From the human T2T-CHM13v2.0 reference genome, Homo sapiens, in assembly GCF_009914755.1 (NCBI RefSeq), contig NC_060935.1: DNA of 64,000 nt. One strand, 5' to 3'. The translations under genes were made by a program, and so were the position numbers. A model generated the notes under the pieces. The model did not search any database and had not been told where the DNA came from. It worked only from the letters and a program-made list of their open reading frames with translations. This document shows positions 46,864 to 62,553 of this stretch, piece after piece (position 1 is the first letter of the stretch; each line of letters begins with the position of its first letter).

Positions 46864-47047
46864 GTAAGTGATGTTATAAATTATAAATAAATGGCTTAAC
46901 AGATTACTGTCGCGTGAGTTTTTTTTTTTTTTTCAGATCATTTTAAGGACTTAACTGTTGCATAAGTTTGTTCTAAATAGAATAAGATAAAAGTTGAGTG
47001 TAAGTACATATAATGATTTTTATTTTTATTAAAAGGTTTTTTTTTAG

Positions 47048-47145
47048 GGCTAGTCAAGTGAAGCAGTGGGAGTTTAGAAGGAACAAAGAAATCTGTAACT
47101 GGTTGTGATCAATTCGTTGTAAACACCACTGCACTCAGGCCAGCC
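47048..47145 (-). pseudogene. Y3 RNA (RNY3) retropseudogene in ATM intron 4
   Basis: Reverse complement GGCTGGCCTGAGTGCAGTGGTGTTTACAACGAATTGATCACAACCAGTTACAGATTTCTTTG...GACTAGCC; A-rich tail; tgattttta duplication at 47014-47022 and 47146-47154. Confidence 0.92.
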
Positions 47146-48258
47146 TGATTTTTAATATTACAAGTTCAAATATTTGGGGAAATTTATGCAAGCATAGAAT
47201 GACAGAAATCTGAGGATTGAAGGGATTTATTTATTTAAGAGATAGGGTGTCACTCTGTCACCCAGGCTGGAGTGCAATGGTGTGATGATAGCTCACTGCA
47301 GGCTGAAGCTTCTCTGTTCCTAAGTGATCCTCCTGTCTTGGCTTCCTAGTAGCTAGGACTACAGAAGTGCATCACCATGCCAGGCTGATTTTTTTTTTTT
47401 TTTTTAAGAGGTGTTATTTCACTGTTCTGCCCAGGCTGATCTTGAACTCCTGGCCTCAAGCAGTCCTCCCCCTGCTCAGCCTCCCTAGTTATTGGTATTA
47501 CAGATGTGAGCCACCATGCCCAGTGAAGGAATTAAAAATTACTGTTTTAACTACCCAGTCTTGGATGCCCTCTCTACGTCCCTAGCCTTTAGGTAGAAGT
47601 GCAGTCTTCATGATTGAATATACTTTCAAGGCTTTCTTTTCCATCTTTGAATAGCATTAACAGTATTAAAAACTGGCCAGGCGCAGTGGCTCATTCCTGT
47701 AATCCCAGCACTTTGGGAGGCCAAGGCAGGCAGATCACCTGAGGTCAGGAGATCGAGACCAGCCTGACCAACATGGCAAAACCCCGTCTCTACTAAAAAT
47801 ACAAAAATTAATTGGGCATTGTGGCGCACGCTTGTAATTCCAGCTACTTGGGAGGCTGAGGCACTAGAATTGCTTGAACCCAGGAGGCAGAGGTTGTGGT
47901 GAGCTGAGATTACGCCACTACACTCCATCCTGGGCGACAGAGCGAGACTGTCAAAAAAAGAAAAGTATTAAAAACCTGTCTTTTGTTACTGCTTCTCCCT
48001 TCTGAGAGTATATCAAAAACTCCTATTTATGTTTTTAGTGTGACATCCTTAGAGATGTTTGAAAGTAGCCACAATATTTCCTAAGTCCTCATCTCTAAAG
48101 TTCATAATCTCACTTTCTTCAGCTCACGTGACCTAGGTTTTATGCTACTCTCCTCTGAATATTCTTCACTTTAATTGTCTGTCTTAAAGTGTGGGCCTCT
48201 ACTTACAGGGAAGAGGCCAGAAAAACAAACAAAAAAGTGTGGGACTCATTTTTTTTAA

Positions 48259-48501
<243 letters not shown>

Positions 48502-48950
48502 TGAAATGCTGGGATTACAAGCGTGAGCCACTGCACCTGGCCAGGACTCAATCTTTTAGGTATATTCTGATTAGTACAGAGTGAAGCAATTCTTGCTTAT
48601 CTTTCATTCTGTACTCTTACTGATTAATTCTAAGATCATGTGAGCTTCCTTGGCTGTCAGAACCAACACTTAACTGACATTTTACTTGCTATGATTTGAG
48701 GAAAAAAACAACCCCCAAAAATATTTTTTTCTTCTGATGAGCCAAATAGTTCCCATCTTTAACTTGTACAATTAATATTGTGAAGAGTTGATTTTTCGGA
48801 ACCAAAATGCAGGATCCTGGCAAGCTTTTGTAAGGAAATGGGCTTTACACATACTGAAAAGCTAGAGGCAGAAGTGTGTGTTCAGGGACTCCTGGGCTCT
48901 TCACAGATAAGGATGTTGCTTTGTGATACCAACTCTTAATTTAAGAATCA

Positions 48951-49425
<475 letters not shown>

Positions 49426-50060
49426 TCAGAGACTCCAGCAGAGACAAAGGAAAACTACACCAAAATATTCTGCACTCACTTTTGCTCTGTGTAGTAGCTT
49501 TGTATCCAGTAAAATATTTTATTTGCTAATAATGCTGGGATATAGTAGGTACTTACTGAAAGAGTGAATGAGAGAAAGATAACATGTCAATTTTGTAGCC
49601 CACCAGAAAAGTTTGCAATGTGTACAGTAGTTTTGCCTTGCAGTGAACAAACCTTTTAATTGCAACATTAACAATGGAGATTACGTTTGAAAATGCATCA
49701 GCCTGTTGGTTTATAAGAAATAGTTGGTGAAATTATCAATGCTGGTCATGTAAGTAGTTGAAAATTTGTTTTTTTATTTACGGCTTCCTTTTCTTTCAAA
49801 TTTGACTTTGTTACTTAAACCTTTTTAATATTGGGGCAAAACCAGGGAGTTACTATTCCCTCACCCCACTTCAGTTGTTTTTGTTTGTTTGTTTGTTTGT
49901 TTTTTACGAAAAGATTGGAGGGTTGATGGAAATTTAACATATGTCTAAACTTTGCCATTCTTGCTTAGCATTGGTATCCAAGGTATGATGAAAGAAATAG
50001 AGATTAGTAAAAAAGAAGTAAAAGGCAGCTGAGAAGAAACAAGTAAGCAAATATTGTTGA

Positions 50061-50748
<688 letters not shown>

Positions 50749-52230
50749 TAGAGTCTAGATAGTGCAAAACTCAGCTGCGAAAAATGTTAAGTTCCATAAG
50801 ATTCCTGAAAGTCTCTGTAAGTAGGCTGGGCACAGTGGCTCATGCCTCTCTAATCCTAGTACTTTGTGAGGCCAAGGCAGGCAGATTGCTTGAGCACAGG
50901 ATTTTGAGACCAGCCTGGGTAACATGGTGAGACCTCATCTCTACAAAAACACAAAAATTAGCCAGGTGTGGTGGTGACCACCTGTAGTCCCAGCTACTTA
51001 GGAGGCTTAGGGAGGAAGATTGCTTGAGCCCAGGGGGCAGTGGTTGCAGTGAGCCACGATCATGCTATTGCACTCCAGTCTGGGTGACAGAGTGAGATCC
51101 TGTGTCCAAAAAAAAAAAAAAAAAAAAAGTCTCTGCAGGCAACTTAGTTGTACTTTTAAGAAAGATTTGATCCCAGAAGTTTGAGACCAACCTGGGCAAC
51201 ATAGGGAGACCCCATCTTTAAAAAAACTAAAAAAATTAGCTGAGTGTAGTGGTGCTTGCCTGTAGTCCTAGCTACCTGGGAGGCTGACATGGGTAGATCC
51301 CTTAAGTCCAGGAGGTCAAGGCTGCAGTGAGTCATGATGGGGCCACTGCACTCCAGCTTGGGTGACAGAGCGAGATATTCTGTCTCAAAAACAAGCAAAA
51401 CTATGAAAAAAAGTCAACATTTCTTGAAATACTTCTCATATTTGGTAGAGGAGGGAGATATATTGGGATAAAGGACATAGGAAGATAGGATTTTATTATA
51501 ATATTAATTTCTGTAGTTATTCAACACAAATTAATTTTTATTGAGCATTTGCTATTAGGGCAGTCACTGGGCTTTTACGTCAGAATATAGAGATTAATTC
51601 CTTTCCTTAAGGATCTAATCATACAATGGATGTTTTAGATTAGAAAAATGTTACAAGGACTATAAGAGAAATGCACAGGGTACTAGAAAAAAGGATCACA
51701 TGGTTGTGCATTTCATAACTGGACAATGCCTAAAATTATGAAGTGAGCCATAAGTGAAGATGATTTTGCAGTTATATCAGTGTATATTTGTTTACCATAG
51801 CCTGTGAATATAACTAGTTTCATCATAGGAAAACCCTAATCCAGAATATATTCATATTTACATGAGTTGTGTTCTGCTCATAGTTATGGCAATAAATATA
51901 TTCAATTTTAAGATTGTCAGTATGGAAAAATGGCATTTCTGCTGTGACGTAAATATAATTTACTGAAAATGATAATTAAATTATTTTTAAATGTAATTTT
52001 GTTACCTTCAAGAATATGTGTGTAGTCATGCCAAGTTTTCAGAATCTCTAGTAAGTAAATAACATGCTGTTAAAAATGACACAGGTACAGGGGTCAAGCA
52101 CAGTGGCTCATACCTATAGTCTCAGCACTTTGGGAGGCCAAGACAGGAGAATCCCTTGAGCTCAGGAGTTCAAGACCAGCCTGGGGAACATTGTGAGAGA
52201 TTCTGTCTCTATGAAAAATTTAAAAAATTA

Positions 52231-52389
<159 letters not shown>

Positions 52390-52724
52390 TTACAACCTGA
52401 GGTATTTGTATGCCATAAATGCTATTATAGGACTTAGAACTAATTTTGCTTTCCAAGGTAAATATTCTCCTTGTAATCTTATGTTATTCTAATAAATTCA
52501 TTCTTCATAAAGAGTGCCAAAAAACTTGGGATCATTTTTGGTCTAACACCAGAAATTGTGAATTATTAAGGTTATAATTGTTTAAGAATGATTGCTTTTC
52601 GAGATGAGCAGATCACTTGAGGTCAGGAGTTCAAGACCAGCCTGGTCAACATGGTGAAACCCTGTCTCTACTAAAAGTAGAAAAATTAGCAGGGTGTGGT
52701 GGTGCACGCCTCTAGTCTCAGCTA

Positions 52725-52874
<150 letters not shown>

Positions 52875-52881
52875 CTATAAA

Positions 52882-53082
52882 AGAGGCGTTGGCAAACTTA
52901 CTGTGTAAAGAGGCCAGATAGTAAATGTTCTTGACTTTATAGGCCATGTGGTCACCTCTGTCTTAATTACAAAAGCAGCCATAAACAATAAGTAAATGAA
53001 TGGTTGTGACTATGTTCCAATAAAATGTTATTTGCAAAGAAAAAAAAAATGAATTTTGCTTGGGGCCATAATTTGCCAATTT
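52882..53082. mobile_element. MER58A (hAT-Charlie)
   Basis: GGCGTTGGCAAACT...GGCCAGATAGTAAAT...GTTCCAATAAAA...TTTGCCAA. Confidence 0.75.
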
Positions 53083-53207
53083 CTTCTCTACAAAAGAAGT
53101 TTAGTTAATAGTAATTTCCCAAATGGAATTATTTAAATAGTTGCCATTCCAAGTGTCTTATTTTTGTTCAAATTTATGTTTTTCTTTATTTGTTTATTTT
53201 GAAATAG

Positions 53208-53372
53208 GAGCACCTAGGCTAAAATGTCAAGAACTCTTAAATTATATCATGGATACAGTGAAAGATTCATCTAATGGTGCTATTTACGGAGCTGATTGTA
53301 GCAACATACTACTCAAAGACATTCTTTCTGTGAGAAAATACTGGTGTGAAATATCTCAGCAACAGTGGTTAG
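53208..53372 (+). CDS. ATM: ATM exon 5 ([11 protein letters not shown]...SQQQWL)
   Basis: aatag| and |gtatgt; 165 nt (c.332-496). Confidence 0.98.
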
Positions 53373-55385
53373 GTATGTTTTGAAGGTTGTTGTTTGTGAA
53401 TTTTTCCTCATGAAATGAAACTTCACCAAAGAAAGCACTCTGTCTGTATCTGTCTATATCCCCCAAGTGACCTGACAGTTTAACAGTACTTTAGTAAAAT
53501 TATATGGTTATCGAACTGACCCTTAATTTTTATTTATTATGTAGCTTTTGAATAAAGTCATGAATAATATATCAGGTGCCTGATATCAGAGCTGGAATTA
53601 CAGTTGAAAAATACCATCTCCATCGTCAAGGAGTTGACAGTGGCAGAAGAAAACCCAAGTAAACCAGAGTTCATAATGTGCTGTGATACAGACATATTTG
53701 GGTTCAGTAGGTATACAAAACAATGACACCTAAACTCAACCATGATTTAAGTAGAAAGGGAGAAAACCAAGAGAGGGAAGTACCATAAAAGTGAAAGCAG
53801 GCAGGGTGCAGTGGCTCACACCTGTAATCCTAGCACTTTGGGAGGCCAAGGCCGGTGGATTGCTTGAGCTCAGGAGTTCAAGACCAGCCTGGGCAACATG
53901 GTGAAACTCTGTCTTTAAAAAAATAGCGGAGGTAATGGCTCTTGCTTGTAGTCCCAGTTACTTGGGAGGCTGAGGCAGGAGGATCACCTGAGCCCTGGAG
54001 GTTAAGGCTGCAGTGAGCTGTGATCACACTGCACTCCGGCCTCCATGACAGAGTGAGACCCTGTTTCCATTTAAAAAAAAAAAAAAAAAGTGAAAGCAAG
54101 AGAGTTGAAAGTTCAAAGGGGCGTGGCCAACATTTTAAGTGTTGTAGAAAGGATAAGACACAAAAGTATCCATTGGATGAGGCAGTTAGCACGCTACTTC
54201 TAAGGTAATGGAAATCAAATATATTAGAATAGAATGCATTAGAAGACAATGTACAGAACCCAGTGATTCATTAGATGTGTAGAGTGTGTGCTAGGGAGGA
54301 ATCTGGTGGTGTTTCCTGTTTATAGCTGGGAGGTACTGAGAGACCACAAAGGAAGGAAGTTATGGTCAGAGATTGAAATACTTCAGTTTGTTGGTTTCAA
54401 AGATGGAGCATTTCTGGGTTTGAGAATAAGTGAAAGTAGGATTTGACATTAACAAGATGATTTTAAGTCAGATGTCAAAGTCTTCTAATACACGAACTCT
54501 AAAAGTTTAGAAGCTTTTTTTTTTCATGGAAAGTATTTAAGCTAAATTTTGCTAGCTAAATTAAAAGACATTTGTCCATATTCTTTATTGCCATTTTATT
54601 ATTTCAAAATGAGATACATGTGAACCACAAAACTACTACCTAATCAGTACCCTCACTCCTGCATTACACTCTACTGTTCCCCTGAGAATAAATGCCTTCT
54701 CAGCTAATTTCTTAGGAGTCATTTGTAGCCTTTACGTTACTCTGAACACAAGATAGGCTGTGTCTGTAACAGGGCCCTCAACAAGCCTAGAGACAGCCTT
54801 TGGGAATAGGCTGGTGATATCTAGGTTACCTAACCAGATCTTTCCCCAGTATGGCTGGTCATATTTAGGTCATTTTACATTATCACTTACAACCATGGCT
54901 GTCACTGAAACAAAGGCAGTCTTTCCCCTAGTCTGCTTACTATATTCTGTCATCTAGTTTGTTCTCTGAAACCCCCTTTTTATTTTTAAACTAACTACTC
55001 TTACTTCTTTTTTTTTCTTTTTTCTTTTTATTTAAGCTAACCTTTGCCACTTCTTCCCGGATGTTACTTCTTATAATTAGCTTTTTTGTCAAAGTATTTT
55101 TTTACTTAGCTTCCTTTTAAAACTTGCTTAGATGAGGACTCTGTGGAAGAAGCGAAGTCTGTGCTCAAAATATATATTTGGTACAGGTGGTGACTGAAGC
55201 CATGACTATGGATGAGATTTGTATATAGAGTTTAGTGTGAGATGAGAAGAATGGCCTAAGATTGAGTCAGCATTTGCATATAAATTTTGGAATCAGCTTA
55301 CTGATTTCTACAAAAGATCTTGCTGGGATTTTGATACTAATTGCATTGAATCTGTTGCACAATTTGAGAAGAATAGAAATCTTAA

Positions 55386-55697
<312 letters not shown>

Positions 55698-56569
55698 TGA
55701 TCCACCTGCCTCAGCCTCCCAAAGTGCTGGGTTTATAGACTTGAGCCACCGCGTCTGGCCACTTGTCTTTTTTGATTTCTTTCATTAGTGTTTTATAATT
55801 GTCAGCATATAGATTTTTTGTTGTAAATTGACAATTTTTTTTCTTTAATTTTATATATTAAAAAAAATAGAGACAGGATCTCACTGTGTTGCCTAGGCTG
55901 GTCTCAAACTCCTGGGCTCAAGTGATACCCTTCCCTTGACCTCCCAAAGTGTTGGGATTATAGGCATGAGCCAACATGCCCAGCTGCAAATTGACATTTA
56001 TTTATAATTGTATAAACATAAAGATTTTGTATATGTTTTGTTAGATTTATACTGCAGTAGTTTGTAATTGCATTGTTTTTAACATTTTGATTTTCAAATT
56101 GTTCAATGCACAAAAATTATACAGAAGTCCAGTTAATTTTTGTATAGTGACCTTGTATTTTGGGACCTTGCTAAAATCACTTACTAAATCTAGTAGCTTT
56201 CTTTGAATGTTCTTTTGGATTTTCTTTGTAGACAAACATGTCTTCTGTAAGCAGTAATTTTTTTTTCTTTCTTTCTGAGCCATGTGGCTTTTATTTTATT
56301 TTTGTGCTTTATTACATTGGCTAGGACCTCCAGTGTGATTTATTGTGGTAAAATATATATAACATTTATAATTTTAACTTTTTTAAGTGTACAGTTGTGT
56401 AGTATTAAGTGCATTCATATTGTTGTGTAATCATCTCCACCATCCATCTCCAGAACTTTTTTTTCTATACTCAGTAAACAATGATTTACCATTTTCCCCT
56501 CCCCTATCCCCTGGCAGCTACCATTCTACTTTCTCTCTCTATGAATTTGGCTATTTGGGGTACTTCATT

Positions 56570-56917
56570 TTTATGGATTGAATGTTGTGTCCCACCAATT
56601 ATGTTGAAATCTAACTCCCAAAGGGATGGTATTTGGAGGTGTGGGATTTAGGAGGTAATTAGGTCCTGTGGGTCCAGCCTTCATGGATGGGATTAATGCC
56701 CTTATGAAAAGAGGCCAGAGAGCTAACTTGCTGTCTTTCTGCCATGTGAAGATACAGTTCAAAGTCAGTAGTCTGCAGCCCCAAAGAGGGCCCTCACCAG
56801 AAACCCACAATGCTGGCACCTGAGCTGCTTTCAGCCTCCAAAATTGAGAGAAATAAATTTCTGTGGTTTCTAAGCCACCTAACCTATAATACTTTGTTAT
56901 AGCAGCCTGAAGTAGAG
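56570..56917 (+). mobile_element. MLT1A-type MaLR LTR
   Basis: GGGCCCTCACCAGAA...AATAAATTTCTG...TTTGTTATAGCAGCC. Confidence 0.8.
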
Positions 56918-57931
56918 GACTCCTATAAGTATTTGTCCTTTTGCAACCTGCTTATTACACTTACCAAAATGTCTTTGAGGCTCATCAGTGTTACAGCTTT
57001 TGTCAGAATTTCACCCTTATTAAAAACTGAACACTATTCTGTTCTGTGTATATGCCACATTTTGTTAATTCATTCGTCCATTGGTGGACATGGGTTGTTT
57101 CTACCTTCTGATTATTGTGAATAATGCTGCCGTGAACATGAGTATACATCTCCTGAGTTTCCTGCTTTCAGTCTTTTGATTATATACCCAGAAGTAGAAT
57201 TGCTAGATCATGTGGTAATTCTATATTTAATTTTTTAAGGAACCAACATCCTGTTTTACACAGGAGCTACGCCATTTTACATTCTCACCAGCAGCCCACA
57301 AGGGTTCCAGTTTCTCTACATTCTCACTAGCACAACTAATAGAAAATGAGGATTCCTCTTCTAGGCCTTGAAAGTGCTGCATAATTTTGCTTCTTCCTAC
57401 CTGTCTAACTTAACTAAAGCGCTTCTAATTTCTGTGCTCAAGCTACACTGTCAATTATTCAGTTTCTCAAACCTAGTGGTTTCCATTTTTTTAAATTGAC
57501 TTTTATCTTTTAGAGGAATTTTAAATTTACAGCAAAACGGAGTGGAAAGTCCACTGGACACACACAGCATGCCCTACTGTCAACATCTTGCACCAGTGGT
57601 ACATTTGTTACCATCAGTAAACCTATGCTGGGACACATCATTATTATCCAGAGTCCAAGGTTCACTTTTGGTGGTACATATGCTATGGATTTTGACAAGT
57701 GTTTTGACATTTTTAAAGATCTTTTTCTGTATCTAATGAGATGGTCATATTTTTTTTTCCTCTGGGAGAGAATGGTAACAATTTTTCACTATTACAGAAT
57801 CATACAGAATACTTTCACTGTCAGAAAAATCCTCTGTGCTTCACCTTTTCATCTCTTCCTTCTTGTAAACTGTGGGAACCATGGATCTTTTTGCTATCTC
57901 CATGGTTTAGCCTTTTCCAGCATGTCATATA

Positions 57932-59160
57932 CAGTTGTGCGTCTCTTAACAATGTGGATATGTTCTGAGAAATACATCATTAGGCAATTTCTTTGTTGCG
58001 TGAACGTCATAGGGTGTATTTATACAAACTTAGATGGTATAACACTACGCACCTAAGCTATATGGTATTACTGCTCCTGCACTACAAACCTGTGCAGCAT
58101 GTTACTATACTGAATACTGTAGGCAGCTGTAACACAATGGCAAGTATTTGTGTCTCTAAACATATATAAACATAGAGGAGGTACAGTAAAAGTATAGTAT
58201 AAAGGATAAAACATGGTACACCTGTCTAGGGCACTTACCATGAATGGAGCTTGCAGGACTGGAAGTTGCTCTGGGTATGTAAATGTGTGGTAATGTAAAG
58301 GCCTGGGATACTATATACTACTGTAGAATTTGTAAACTCTTATTCTGTACCAAATTTAAAAATTTATGTTTTTCTTTCTTCAATACTAAAGTAACATTAG
58401 CTACTATAACTTTTTTACTTTATAAACTTTAAAAATGTTTAAACTTTTTGACTCTTTTGTAATAACACTTAGCTTAAAATACAAATGCATTGTACAGCTG
58501 TACAAAAATATTTTTTCCTTATATACTTATAGATGTTTTTTCTTTTGTTCTATAAGCTTTTTAAATGAAATTATTATTACTCTATTTTTTCCTTTAAACT
58601 TTTTTGTTGAAAACAAAGACACAAACACACACATGAGCTTAGGCCTACATAAGGTCAGGATCATCAGTATCACTGTCTTCTGTCCCTGCATCTTGTCCCC
58701 CTGGGAGATCTTCAGGGACATGCACAGAGCTTTCATCTCCTATGATAATGGTGCTTTATTCTGAAATACCTCCTAAAGGACCTACCTGAGACTGTTTTAC
58801 TGTTTTGTTTTGTTTTGTTTTTTAAGAAGAAGAAGGAGGAATATAGTATAAAATGGTGATAAAAAGCATAGTAGAGTAAGTACATAAACCTAACATTTTA
58901 CCAGTAACTTAGTCATTTATTATCATTATCAAGGTTTATGTACTATACATGATTGTATGTATTATACTTTTATATGACTGGCAGTGCAGTGGGTTTTTTT
59001 TACACAAGTATCACCACAAATGCTTGTGAGTAATTTCTTGTGCTATGACATCACTAAGTATTTAAATAGGAATTTTTCAGTTCTGATACAATCTTACGGT
59101 ACCACCTTTTCATATTGCCATTTGTCATTGAATAGAATGTTGTTATGTAGTATGTGACTG
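57932..59160 (+). mobile_element. Tigger3b (MER7B) element, ~1.23 kb, nested in an old L1
   Basis: TA-CAGTTGTGCGTC...TATGTGACTG termini; the L1 motif ATGTCATA/GTTGGAATCATA is split on the two sides. Confidence 0.82.
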
Positions 59161-59669
59161 TGGTTGGAATCATAACAGTATGTATCATTTTCAGATTGCC
59201 TTCTTTCATTTAGTAATATGCATTTAAGGTTCCTCCATGTCTTTCTCTTTCTTTCTTTCTGTCTTTCTTTCTTTCTTTTTTTTTTTTTTTTTTTTGAGAT
59301 AGGGCCTCACTCTGTCACCCAGGCTGGAGTGTGGTGGTGAGATCATGGCTCTGCAGCTTCGACCTCCTGAGCTCAAATGATCCTCCCACCCCCTTCCAAG
59401 TAGCTGTGACCACAGACACAAGCCATCACACCCTGCTAATTTTTCATTTTTAGTAGAGATAAGGTCTTATTATGTTGCTTATGCCAGCAGCTTGAACTCA
59501 GCCTCCCAAAGTGTTGGGATTACAGGTGTGAACCACCGTTCTCAGCTCCTCGATGTCTTTTTATGGCTTGATAGGCTGAAGTGGGAGGATCACTTGAGCC
59601 CAGGAGTCCAAATCTAGCCTGGGCAGTGTAGTGAGACTTCCGTCTCTTAAAAAAACAAAAAACAAAAAA

Positions 59670-60070
59670 AAGAGGACCAAAGTTACTGATATTAGAAATG
59701 AAATGAGATCTAATTGCAGATCCTATAGATATTCAAAGGATAATAAGGAAACACTATGAACATCTATTAATTTAAATGGGCCAGTTCCTCAAAACCATAC
59801 ATTATCAAAAGTCATCCAATATAAAATAGATAATTTGACTAGTCCCATAACTATTAGGAGAATAAATTGAATCCATAATTTAAAGCCTTTCATAAGACAA
59901 ATTGGGAACAAGATAAGGATGTGCACTCTCACCACTCCTTTTCAACATTATGTTGGAGGTTCTAGCCAGGGTAGTTAGACAAGAAAAATAAAAGGCATAC
60001 AGATTGGAAAGGAAGAAATAACACTCCCCTTTGTAGATGACATGATTGTCTATATATAAAGTCCCAATAT
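59670..60070 (+). mobile_element. L1M ORF2 fragment
   Basis: ACAAGATAAGGATGTGCACTCTCACCACTCCTTTTCAACAT...GATGACATGATT. Confidence 0.7.
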
Positions 60071-60179
60071 ACACAAGTATAACATTGTGAATAATGTTAT
60101 TTGGGGACTGGGCACAGTGGCTTACACCTGTGATCTCAGCACTTTCGGAGGCTGAGGCAGGTGGATCATCTAAGGTCAG

Positions 60180-60806
<627 letters not shown>

Positions 60807-60824
60807 ATTTTTTGCATATTATTA

Positions 60825-61190
<366 letters not shown>

Positions 61191-61480
61191 TTAGGCCTAG
61201 ATGATGGAACAGAGGCTTAGAGAAGTTAAGTAATGTTTCTGCGACCTGGCTCTTAAACTGGTGCTCTCACAGCAGTTTATAGTTATTCCTGTCTTAAAGG
61301 CATTTTATATAAGATAAAATTAAATACTGATGGAGTACTTTTACTATGTTAAAAATAAATTAGTGCAGTTTTAAAATCCTTTTTCTGTATGGGATTATGG
61401 AATATTTAAGTTAAATTGTAACATTTAATACATTTTGATTTTTAAAAAATCATGACTAATAATTTTTTTTTTTTTTTAAG

Positions 61481-61646
61481 AATTGTTCTCTGTGTACTTC
61501 AGGCTCTATCTGAAACCTTCACAAGATGTTCATAGAGTTTTAGTGGCTAGAATAATTCATGCTGTTACCAAAGGATGCTGTTCTCAGACTGACGGATTAA
61601 ATTCCAAATTTTTGGACTTTTTTTCCAAGGCTATTCAGTGTGCGAG
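61481..61646 (+). CDS. ATM: ATM exon 6 ([14 protein letters not shown]...AIQCAR)
   Basis: T15-aag| and |gtaat; 166 nt (c.497-662). Confidence 0.98.
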
Positions 61647-62314
61647 GTAATCTAATCTCTTTTTCTTTTGTTTTGTATTGAAATACTTTTGATCTTGCAA
61701 GACCATGTTTTAGACTCAGTAACTAAAAATTCTACCTTAAAATAAAACATTGATCCATCATAACAGAACTAGTGGATTCCTAAAGAGACAACCAAGTCCA
61801 ACACTTTCTGAATATCCAATATGCAGAACACTACGTGAAGTTTTCAAGGGGGAGATGTGTCTTGCTGATGTTCTGTTGACCAGGAAAGTTAAATATCCTC
61901 TAAGTCATTGCATTTCCCCCATTTTGAGGATGGTTTTAATATACCGAGAATAAAATAAAATAGGAAAATATTTTGGAAGTATTACTGTTGTACATTAGTA
62001 TGGCAGTACTCAATGTATAATGTGAAACATTTTATAAATGGTGTTACAAATCAGTTTTGTTTATTTTTATACAATGTTTTAGCAGGAGGGAGAGCTAACA
62101 GAAGTGGTCTCTTAACACCAAATAAGAACTAATTTTTTGTCAGTGTGAAGTAATGCTGTGATTTTTTTTTTAATGAATAGTTTTGAAATTAAGACTACTG
62201 TTTGAAAATTAGGGTTTTGTTTTTTTTTCTTTCAGCATACCACTTCATAACTGTTCAGTTTGTACAGTTTGTTCCCCCTGTTATACCCAGTTGAGCTTGT
62301 TTGTTTCTTCACAG

Positions 62315-62553
62315 ACAAGAAAAGAGCTCTTCAGGTCTAAATCATATCTTAGCAGCTCTTACTATCTTCCTCAAGACTTTGGCTGTCAACTTTCGAATTC
62401 GAGTGTGTGAATTAGGAGATGAAATTCTTCCCACTTTGCTTTATATTTGGACTCAACATAGGCTTAATGATTCTTTAAAAGAAGTCATTATTGAATTATT
62501 TCAACTGCAAATTTATATCCATCATCCGAAAGGAGCCAAAACCCAAGAAAAAG
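62315..62553 (+). CDS. ATM: ATM exon 7 ([12 protein letters not shown]...GAKTQEK); gene continues right of the window
   Basis: cacag| and |gtataa; 239 nt (c.663-901). Confidence 0.98.

Noticed and set aside
47048-47145. Functional Y RNA gene
   Set aside because: Tail and TSD, substitutions, and no evident upstream Pol III promoter indicate a retropseudogene
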